The position numbers were made by a program, and so were the translations under genes. The notes below the pieces were generated by a model. It was given only the letters and a program-made list of their open reading frames with translations, was not told the DNA's origin and made no database searches. A stretch of 64,000 bases of DNA. Origin: Narcine bancroftii. Taxonomy: Eukaryota. Positions 1-9,355 of this stretch are shown here, piece after piece. The stretch lies in NCBI RefSeq assembly GCF_036971445.1, contig NC_091481.1, positions 18,104,001 through 18,168,000 on the forward strand, in the 5' to 3' direction. The stretch's first letter is position 1, and every line of letters starts with the position of its first letter.

Positions 1-569
1 TAGGGAACTGCAGCAATGGACCATTCTTCAGCTTGGCGGCTCAGAGGCCTCACACTGGTAACCAGTTACCAGCAGAGGCTGCTGGTAACCAGCTTCTGAG
101 AACCAGGTATTGGGAACTGACGGCAAGCAGGGCTCTTCAAGGGCCTTGGGTATCGACAGCTTCCCAATCAGTTTTGGGGTTCAGAACCTTGACTTCACCA
201 CTGAACAAGATAGGAAGCTGTGCAGCAAGGAAGGTTATGGGGATACAGGAGCAGTGGCATCAGAGGAGGCAGTGGGATCCACTCTCTTGCATCAAAATAA
301 TTAAATTTAGAGCAAAGTAACACTCCCTTCAGGCCCACAAGCCCGTGCCACCCAATTACCCTTGTGAGCAACTAATGTACTAATCCGTAGTCTTTGGAAC
401 ATGGATGAAAACCAGAGCACCCAGAAGAAACCATATTAACCTTGCCGGTGGCCTAGAACTAGTAGCGCTTCTTTGAGTTCCTTTGCAGGGAAAACAAAGA
501 AAAGCGATTTTTGTATAGTTTGTGTGTATGTCAATACAGTGAAACACCTGGAATTTAAGCAACTGTCAG

Positions 570-1142
570 CCTCAAGCAACTGGCCAAAAATAAATAAATA
601 AAAAATTTGAATTAATGAGAATAAAATAATAGGTAAAAAAATACATGCTTAAAATTGTAAAAGTAAATGTTCTCTTTGGTGAAGATGGGATCACATATTC
701 AGCCAGTGGAGGGCTTTGCCTGTGCTTTGCTTGTAGCAGCTGTTTGAATAAAGTTGTGTGAAACAGCAATGGTGTCGCCCAGAATGAAGAGCTGGTTGAT
801 GCCACTCACTGTTGAGGTGACTTTCTTAAAGTGTCTCCGGTTGCCCGGTCAAACTTGGGGGAGGGAAGGGGTTAATTATCTATAATGTTAATTTTTCTCT
901 TTTGGGTGACTCCTTGGAGGGGGAGGAACCTGTAGATATAGTGAGTTAAATGTTTTCAAAGAATATGACTGAAAGTAAACTCTTTAAGGTCTATTTATTC
1001 ATACAAATGTTGTTCAGTATAGTATTTTTGCCTTTTGAACTATTTATTTTTAATGTAGGTGTAATAGTTAGGTATCTTGAGAGTAAGTCTTATCCGGCAC
1101 CTACCAGCTCCAATGCGCACAGAATACCGGGTTTTACTGTAT
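570..1142. mobile_element. Non-autonomous TcMar/Tigger-like DNA transposon (same family as 19563-20189)
   Basis: Colinear with 19600-20189 and ends in GGGTTTTACTG followed by TA. Confidence 0.65.
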
Positions 1143-1499
1143 ATGGAATCTTGAATCATGACTAATGTGGGAAAGTTTGACCCTTTTGGTTATCTTGTCA
1201 CCCTAACTAAAGGCACACAAGAACATAAAGGCATGGGATGAATGGACAACCTTCAAAATATCCACAATTCAAATATGTCTGAAATTTGAATGTTTGTGAA
1301 TTCAACATTCATAATGAATCAGATTACACTGGACATTTTTTTTCAAAAGGATTACTTCCTGAAAAAAAATTGTGTACCTGTATTATGATAGACAACTTCA
1401 AGCTGAATTTCAGAGTTGCTGTATCCTGTAGGAAGATGGAGAAACATTAACTTCTATTGAATTTAGCCTTTTTAATCGCATAATGATGCTGACACATTG

Positions 1500-1910
1500 C
1501 ATTAGTTCGACTGACCTAAAAATGTTTTACCACTGATTTTCATTTGTACTCAGCATCTGATGCCTCTCATGTCAGTGTCCAACAATAATAGTCAGCCACA
1601 TTGATGGATTCCAGTTGCCCTGAATCCACTTTTCCATGGTCGCAGTATCCTGGTGAAACCTTTCACCATGTTTGTCACTGACTGCATCAAGATCAGCAGG
1701 GAAGATGTCCATGTGCGAATGCAGAAAATGAATTTTCAATGACATGCTGCACTTCGTGGTTTTGTATGTTTAAAACATATTGACAGGAAATCACAAAAAT
1801 AGGTGATATCTAAAAAAATGATACGTGATAGGAAAATTTTCAGGTGACTTTCCTGATCAGCAACCGCAAATCCATAAAATAAACTCAAGTGTTCAAGAAG
1901 CAAAATCTTC
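1500..1910. repeat. Old interspersed repeat; second copy at 52840-53036 plus 53547-53740
   Basis: Shared blocks include GGATTCCAGTTGCCCTG, CAAGATCAGCAGGG, GAAAATGAATTTTCAATG and GGAAATCACAAAAATA. Confidence 0.7.
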
Positions 1911-3199
1911 CAGTGTTAAGAATGATTTGCTTCTTCAAGTGGCCATGGAAGCCTTTAAAAATAAAAATGCAACACCCCTTTGGACCAGAGCCATGTGGTT
2001 TCACTGACCTTTAAGAGTTCCCAAAAACTTCATGACACTGCAGGCTCAGTCATCCAGCCAAGTGGAGCGAGCTACAATTGGCAATCCCCAAATAGTCATC
2101 TATAAATATGTATAAATTGAGATTAGGAAGGTAGGAATCCAATACCATTAACTTACATAAGGGACCCACCTATCTTAAATTCCTGTGCATATCTCTAACT
2201 CATCTAATCAGTCTCATTATAGATTGTGAGACAGACTTGCAGTGGTTGTATTCAGCCCAATCCTCCTAAAGTCAGTTCATCAATATTTAATACTGATGAG
2301 AAGTGGGCAAAACACGATTGTCTCCAAATTTCTACCAAATTAATATTGGAGAGACCGAAAGGATTGACCCCATCACCATTACAAATTTAACTCTCTGATC
2401 ATCACCCCATCATATTACCTATCTTTTGTATTTCTTTTTAAAAAAATTTAATGTATTCTATTGATTTTAAACAAAATATCTGCTTGGCTTCAGCAACTAA
2501 GAATGTTGGTGTCTAGGTGCACATTGTACAATAATTAAATATGTTCCATGGTCCTGGAGAAACATTATCTCGTCTTTACCATGCAAACATGGTATGAACG
2601 ATAAATAGACTTGACTTGTCAATAAACTCATTACCATTGTTTAACAAGCTGATTACTTGGTAACATATCTGAAAAAAGACGATTTCTGTTTACTGGTGCC
2701 CAGAATGCTTGTGACAGATTGGCTCACATCAAGTACTAATTCGTCACCGGCCCTGTAATTCAATGGGATTATAATCATACATTCTTGATGTTTGGAACAA
2801 AAACGTTCTCTTGGAAATCTGATTAACAAGAGTCATGAACCAGCTCCACACAACAATATGGCTCAAGTGACTCCCTTAGAGAGACAATACTACTGTAGAC
2901 TTACATTTTTGTCATTCCATTTGACTGATGTCAATAACCTAATTGTCTGTGCCATTCAATTTGCATTAAGAAAAGCAATAGTGAAGGTGAAGTATTCTCA
3001 GAGACACTGGATCCTTGTACATTTTTGCCTTGTTGTCATTGATAAGTAAGCTGTAGCAAAAACAATCCAATTACATGTATTTTAATTTATCCCTGAGATA
3101 TGGGTTTTTCAGATCTTCCCTTGTTCCCTTAAGGGCAGAAAGAGGCATTGTGTGAAAGCAAAGCAGATTGCGAGCCAGACCAGATAAGTGCCTACAAAA

Positions 3200-4190
3200 T
3201 ATTCAGGATTGCTTTATTGTCATGTAATTAAAATAGCGTTATATTACATGAAATCGCCTTTTGTTGACAGATATGGAGAGTTTCCGGGGCAAATCAAGTG
3301 GCTCAGTGGCTGATGGTCAAACACAGACTCTAGGCTGCTGAAGACTGGCTCATGTAACCAGGTATCGGAACTGAGATTCGGGAAGGTGCTGAGGGCGAGG
3401 AAGGCTGCTGAAGGGTCTTGGACACTGAAGGCTTCCTGATTGGGTTTGGATCTGGAACTTGGGTGGCTGATGGTTTGGACTGGAGTCTGTGTGGCTGTGA
3501 GGGCGCTGGAGGTGGATCCATGGACACTCAGTGACTTGGAGGGGACTCTCTTTTGTTTCTCTTATCATTAGGGGCGCTGGACTCATTTGGCTTACGGTGA
3601 CAAAGATTTGAAGTATATCATGTACATAGGTACATTTTTAATGTATTATTATGTGACAATAAAAGGAACCTTGAAGATATTGCCATCAGCAGAAATTGCT
3701 GGGTGCCTCTTACAGTCAAAGAGAAGCAAAAGGTATTCCCCCAGAATCCTGAGTATCTGTGGATTCACCTCCAGCACTCCAGTCCAAACCATCGGCCACC
3801 CGAGCTCCTGATCCAAACCTCTGACAAGATCAGGAAACCTTCAGTGCCCTCTGCCTCCTCTTGCATCCCGGTTCCGATACTTGGTACCCCTTCAGCCAGT
3901 CTCCAGCAGCCCGCAACCTGCGTGGTTTCCTCACCTCAAGATGCCAACAGACCGCTGGGTATTCCTGAGCCCCAAAGTGGTCCGGCCGCCGTGGTCACCG
4001 ACCCATGGGTCATCTCTGCTGCTTCTCTTTCTCAAATGGAGGGGGGTGGTGGGGCGCATTGACTCCCTGTTTTCTGGTGTCCTGCTTCCCCAGAGTCTAA
4101 AACTCCTTGTAGCTGATGCTGATCACAGCCACCACCATCTTTGGTCCAGACCCCACAGTCACAGGATTTTAAATAAAACCATCAATGATC
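3200..4190. mobile_element. Two nested, oppositely oriented copies of one retroposon family
   Basis: A + copy at about 3275-3675 ends TGACAATAAAAGGAACCTTG. It sits inside a - copy at 3200-3270 and 3680-4190. The segment 3420-3535 is the inverted homologue of 3750-3850. Confidence 0.6.
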
Positions 4191-4434
4191 CTTTATCATT
4201 TTACTTACTTTTCTGATGTCAGACAAGATAACCAAACAAAGCATGATGACACATGATGTTTGAACAATTGGAGAACATGCTGATGCCCAACAGGAGAGTT
4301 ACAGTCCTCCGAGAGACAATTCATCTGCATATCGTAGATGCCACAGTTTTGCTCAAGGAGAGTTGAGCTTTTTTTCAACCAACCACATTGAAAATGTGTC
4401 CGAAGTGATAAATTACATTGCAGGTAGCCCATCA

Positions 4435-4870
4435 TAAGGCACTTTCAGGTGGCCAATTGCTCCACATGTAAAGCCGCATGGTTAGGCAATATGTGGCTGT
4501 TTTGAGGCCACCTGAATGTGCAGGAGGTGATCTTGAGGTGAGCTACGTAACCCTCCTCCGAGAGGGATAATCAGCTCAGCTCAGTGGCTCCCCCAGCCAC
4601 CTGAATGCAACTGGCTGAAAGCAGATGTTGAAGGGTCAGGCTGCTGATCACAGCTGACACTGGGCAGGAGCTGGAGTGGGCTCAGAGCCGCATCCTGTGC
4701 AGCTGTGTCCTTCAGTTGTGCTTTAAACGCTGCCACCTGAACAGCAATTTAAAGGGCGACTTCTGCTTCTTCAGGCGCATTCTTAGCATAGAATTCAAAA
4801 TGAATTTGGCCTGAAGCGCGGCTGCAGTTCAAGTGTGAGAAAGAGAGTTTTAGTTTGGATTTCCGGACAG
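4435..4870. mobile_element. Probable non-autonomous DNA transposon remnant with repeated GCCACCTGAA motif
   Basis: GC-rich patch with the 10-mer in both orientations at about 4444 (reverse), 4507, 4596 and 4732. Confidence 0.4.
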
Positions 4871-5230
4871 AATAGGTATTCAGTAGAGGGATTGCAAATC
4901 TCGTTTTTCCACACAGTTGTCATTCTGCTGGAGAAATAAAGGAAAATGGTTTAAATGTGGAAATTATATGTGTAAATTATACAAGTACATGGGTTTCTAA
5001 ACATTTCCCTGGGTCTCTGCACGACATCTTTGGTAAATTGATGGGAGAAACTGTGCAGTTGAAATGAAGTATAAATGTCAGGATTATTTTCCACCTGTCC
5101 AGAAATACAGATCAAACCTTTCACAGCATTCACTTATGCACCAGGAAAATAAACTATGATCCAAACTAAAACATAGAGAAAAAAATACTGGGTGCAAGAT
5201 CAGTGACATTCTCTCTGTGCTTTGACTTTA

Positions 5231-5693
5231 ATTTAGACATACAGCACGATAACAGGCCCTTTCAGCCCACTGTTGTGCTTTTGTTGATATTTATGTACAA
5301 GAAAACATATTTTACACAATCACAACAGACTTTCCATTTGCAAGGATCCACACTTTTATAATGTGGCCGTTATTTTTCATGAATTTACATTTACAATAAC
5401 TGGTGTATATTAAAAGATTGCATTAATGTATCCACAAGTACTATGTTACCATCATTTATGTTGTTTCCATTTCCGAGCGGCAAGGATCAATTGAGTGTCT
5501 TTTTTGTGCCGCTGCCCAATTGACCTACCCTGTTATGTTTCTTTGAATGGTGGGAGGAAACTGGAGCACCCAAAGGAAACCCACACAGACAGAGGGAGAA
5601 TGTACAAACTCCTTACAGACATCGCTGGATTTGAACCCCGGTCACTGGTGCTATAACAGCGTTGCACCAACTGTTAAGTAAACCGTGCAACCC
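5231..5693 (-). mobile_element. tRNA-derived V-SINE/HE1-like SINE, interrupted by the szl-derived insert
   Basis: Tail ATTTAGACATACAGCAC at 5231, with V-domain and tRNA-like head at 5511-5693. Confidence 0.8.
5269..5510 (-). pseudogene. Inverted partial duplicate of the szl 3' end (last ~19 codons plus 3'UTR; source 9294-9517)
   Basis: The reverse complement of 5453-5510 is identical to 9294-9351. The rest aligns to the 3'UTR with substitutions and indels. Confidence 0.9.
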
Positions 5694-6120
5694 TACTTTC
5701 TTCATATTTTCACATTGTAATTAAAAGTAACATGCCAGCTGCTTCTAAAATTACAATGACATAATCCTGAAAACTTCTTATGAGATGACCCTTGCTCTTG
5801 AGGATAATTTGCTCCCACTCCAGTTCATCGTTTAAGTTGGTCAAATGAAAGTGTACAAATGTATAAGTGGTGCCTTTATTATTACTATTGCTGAAAAGTG
5901 TATTTAATGTAAAATTGGTTAAATTATCAGCAAAAAACACTACAAATTTCTAGAGGAACTAAGCAGGTCAAGTAGTTTTTGTGGAAGCAAAGGGATGGTC
6001 CACGTGTCCATTTTTCATTGATCTTGCGTCTCTCAGGAGATAATTTGAAATAGTCAGTGCAATCAGGATCATTTAACAACTTTACATCAAACAATAGCAT
6101 CTAAGAGTTAAACATATTTA

Positions 6121-6173
6121 TATCATGGCTAACGTGATTTATGGTGTGAAAAATTAAAAAATTTAAAAAAAAA
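6121..6173 (+). mobile_element. Extremely 5'-truncated L1 tail (53 nt) with 19-bp TSD
   Basis: TAAGAGTTAAACATATTTA is repeated at 6102-6120 and 6174-6192. The insert matches the L1 3' end at 22260-22310 and ends in an A-rich tail. Confidence 0.8.
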
Positions 6174-6570
6174 TAAGAGTTAAACATATTTAAAAAAAAA
6201 CAGGTATGTGTTAAACTACATTTCCAGTTGCTGCAATTAGCCTCACACTCAATTATGGTTTTTAGACTGCAGGCATGTAATGGCACAATCAAGGAATTTT
6301 GCTGCTACACGGGCAGTCTAAAAAGGAACGTGCAGGAATTTGGAGTCTTTTCTTGCACTGTGATTTATCCTGCAGGACCCCTACACCTTCTTGGAGGAAG
6401 CCTGTAAATCATACTGAAAGATTAGTTGATAGTCATCCACTCTCCTTGCATGTCCAGCCACTGGGACTGCTGCAGTCTAAAAATGCGCCCAGTGTGAACG
6501 AACACACAGGCAGTAATTACGTTAATTTTTTTCTGCAATGTTCCCGACATTGCACTCTAAAAGCGAGAAA

Positions 6571-7300
6571 TCTCACCAGAACCAAGGAGCTGATTGTTGA
6601 CTTCAGGGAGGGAAAACCAGATATGTACGATCCAGTGATCATTGATGGAGAGGGTGAACAAGTTTAAGTTCTTAGAACTAACTATCTTAGAGGATCTTTC
6701 CTGGACCCAACACACTAATGGCATCGTGAAGAAAGCAACTCTACTTCCTCAAGAGAAGGTTGGCATGACATCAGAAACCCTGGCAAATTTCTACAGAGGT
6801 GTGGTGAAAAAGTGTACTAACCGGCTTTATCATGGTCCGGTTTGGGGACACCAGTACCCCTGAGCAAAAAGCCCTGCAAAAGGTAGTGGACACACCCCAG
6901 GACATCACAGGGAAAACCCTCCCCATGATTGAGAACATCTACAGGGAATGCAGCCATCAGAGAGCAGTAGCAATCATCAAGGATCCCACCCCACCCAGCA
7001 CAGGCTCTGTTCTTGCTGCTACCATCAGGAAAGAGGTAGAGGTGCCACAAGACTAGCACCATCAGGTTCAGGAACAGCAACTACCCCTCCACCATCAGAC
7101 TCACAATAGACTCAGTCAGGGACTCATTTAAGGACACTTACTTTTGGATTTTATGGTTTTCTTTCCTCTCTGTATTGCACAGTCAGTTGTTTACATTTCT
7201 TTATATATTTACAGGGGTACCTTGTGTATAGTTTTTTTTTGCATTACCAATAAGTAGTAATTCTGTCTCCGTCCACTCTAATAATAAATCTGAAATCTGA
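6571..7300 (+). mobile_element. Rex1/Babar-type LINE 3' fragment (degenerate RT C-terminus)
   Basis: Frameshifted TKELIVDFR, VNKFKFL, EDLSWTQHT, LANFYRG, KALQKVVD and IIKDP motifs. Confidence 0.8.
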
Positions 7301-7779
7301 AAATCTGAATTATAGAGTCTATAATTGTATGTAACCAAAATCTATAGGATGATAGAACCAAGTGTTATTGATTAATGAAGGAAAACTATTCCCCTGGTTG
7401 TAAGATTCAAAATATATATCTTTTAAATGTTAGTTTCATATAAAATTTATTGAAAACGCTTATTCATTTTGGGTTCACTTACCTCCTTGGACATGACATG
7501 ATAGGATGCTGAGCAGCCAAGTTTGAATGACTGGAGGGGGCCGGCCAGGTAGGTGTGAAAAACTGGTCTGCATACATCTCATTTACCACATAAAGTGTCC
7601 ATTCAAATTTAATCAGTTTAATCTTTAATTTTCTGGCTCTTTGAACGTGTTGCATGATGTCCTCCAAGTCAGAAACGTGTCTCCAGTGAAATGCTTGCAT
7701 TCAAGACACGAGACGGGAAACAATGAGTCTCATCAAAAACTTCACACCTTTGTTTTATTTCTCACATTGACTTTTGAAA

Positions 7780-8138
7780 AAAAATCCGCGGACACAAAGG
7801 GGCTTCGGGAGTCTGTCTGTCTATCTATCCGCTGAAAAGCAGCGCGAAAGCAGTCTCTCAAATCGAACTTGCATCTGCATTGATGTCGTTAGAGATGCTT
7901 GTTAATTAATATTTTGACACGTTGTTGCAAAAAGCAAAGAAATCCAGTCTAATGACCCATTCGCTAATGACTCGGCGCAGACTGAAAAACGAGTATTTAC
8001 TGCTCTTGCCCTGAGCATAATCACGGCCATCAAGAGAAATTGAGGCTTATCTGGAATATGTTGATAGCAGATTGTAAAAGATATAAATCTCGCAACAAGT
8101 CGTCCAGAACAGTTCAGTTGTCCGTGCACTCTGCAGGA
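7780..8138 (+). promoter_or_regulatory. szl proximal promoter with TATA box (TATAAA at 8082-8087) and candidate Smad and homeodomain sites
   Basis: TATAAA lies about 55 nt upstream of the ATG, with local CpG enrichment, GTCT repeats at 7811-7822, GGCGCAGAC at 7974-7982 and several TAAT cores. Confidence 0.5.
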
Positions 8139-8431
8139 ATGGCGCGTTGTCTCCGGAGACACCTCCTCTCGCTGCTTTGTGCCTGGCACCCAGTGCTGAT
8201 CCATTGCTTTGATATTGGAATATCGACGAAATGTGTGGCTGTGCCAAAAGAAATGGGCCTCTGTCAGGATGTCGGGTACTCAGAAATGAGGCTTCCAAAT
8301 TTGCTGGGCCACACCACGCTCGGAGAAGTCGTTCCAAAATCCGCAAAGTGGGAGTCGCTTGTCCGGACAGGCTGTCACTCTCAAGCGCGAACTTTCCTCT
8401 GCTCCCTATTTGCTCCGGTTTGCTTGGATAC
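8139..8431 (+). CDS. szl: Sizzled exon 1 (signal peptide and N-terminal CRD)
   Basis: ATG at 8139 (GGAATGG). Reads MARCLRRHLLSLLCAWHPVLIHCFDIG...VCLDT. Donor AC|GTGAGT. Confidence 0.95.
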
Positions 8432-8523
8432 GTGAGTATTTCAATGGCAAGCGCGGTCACTTCGGTTCACTCGCATCTGATTTGACGCTGAAGGATGATC
8501 AAAATCTCATTGCCTTCTCGTAG

Positions 8524-8693
8524 CTTCATCCAGCCTTGCAGGAGTATGTGTGGTGCTGTTCGGGACAGTTGCAGCCAGGTCCTCGCTTGCCTCGGTTTAT
8601 CTTGGCCCGATGTATTTCACTGCGACCGATTCCCAGCGGATGGGGAGACGTGCTTAACATGGGACAGCTCAGAGTCCACGCACTATCGAAAAA
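8524..8693 (+). CDS. szl: Sizzled exon 2 (C-terminal CRD)
   Basis: Acceptor CTTCTCGTAG. Reads FIQPCRSMCGAVRDSCSQVLACLGLSWPDVFHCDRFP. Donor A|GTAAGC. Confidence 0.95.
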
Positions 8694-8800
8694 GTAAGCC
8701 ACGACCTGGGATAAGTTAACGGGATAATGCCTCCTGTCATTTTATGTCAAGCTTAATTCCAATCTAAATGAACTTGTAATGCTTTGGTTTTGCCCTTTAG

Positions 8801-8893
8801 TTTTTCCAAAGCCTGCCTGCCAGGGCTGCCCGAGTACAGAGGAACTGGGTGCACATAGAAGAGTTTTGCAAACATTTTGTCGAAACAGTTTTG
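8801..8893 (+). CDS. szl: Sizzled exon 3 (linker and start of NTR)
   Basis: Acceptor CCCTTTAG. Reads IFPKPACQGCPSTEELGAHRRVLQTFCRNSF. Donor G|GTAAGT. Confidence 0.92.
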
Positions 8894-9047
8894 GTAAGTT
8901 TATTTTTGGAATGTAGTTTCTGGACATGACCAGCAAATTGCACATTTAACCAGGCAATGGAAACTTAACCGTTATATAGAAGATGGGGTGGTCTTTGTCG
9001 TGTAATGTCACCTCTCTGAGCAGTGAATGACTTTGCTCTGTCCGCAG

Positions 9048-9355
9048 CTGTGAAAGTGACACTGGCCAAGAGGAGAAATGCTTCAGAAGATACCGAATAC
9101 AACGTGGCCGGGAGGGTGGAAATTATCAGCCCAGGCTCGCTGTTTCCTTTAGGGACGCGGACCATTATTCAACAATGGCTTTACATCAATGCTAACTGCG
9201 TGCAGAAGATGGCTCGCCATAACCGAGCCGTGCAATACGTCCTCATCGGTGATGTTCAGGACTCTAATATGAGAGTAAATAAAATCTACCTGTGGCACAA
9301 AAAAGACACTCAATTGATCCTTGCCGCTCGGAAATGGAAACAACATAAATGCTAG
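9048..9355 (+). CDS. szl: Sizzled exon 4 (NTR domain and stop)
   Basis: Acceptor TCCGCAG. Reads AVKVTLAKRR...QQWLYINANC...RKWKQHKC followed by TAG. Confidence 0.95.

Larger units (their letters stand above)
8139..9355 (+). other. szl: sizzled gene model, join(8139..8431,8524..8693,8801..8893,9048..9355), 287 aa secreted frizzled-related protein (signal peptide, CRD, NTR)
   Basis: The spliced translation contains FDIGISTKCVAVPKEMGLCQDVGYSEMRLPNLLGH, CSLFAPVCLDTFIQPCRSMC, PKPACQGCP and WHKKDTQLILAARKWKQHKC, closely matching Xenopus/zebrafish Sizzled as I recall them. All introns are GT-AG and the exons total 864 nt in frame. Confidence 0.95.

Noticed and set aside
66-88. 10-bp hairpin TTACCAGCAG-AGG-CTGCTGGTAA
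   Set aside because: Short, at the window edge in probable retroelement debris, with no supporting context.
8040-8138. N-terminal extension of the szl ORF given in the ORF track (start 8040)
   Set aside because: It starts at a non-ATG codon upstream of the TATA box. The ATG at 8139 gives a signal peptide of the expected length before FDIG.
8139-9355. Alternative identity as crescent/frzb2 or SFRP2
   Set aside because: The FDIG(I/L)STKCV N-terminus, the VVPKSA.W motif, PKP.CQGCP and the C-terminal W.KKD.QL.LA.R.W..HKC fit Sizzled as I recall it. A phylogenetic tree would confirm this.
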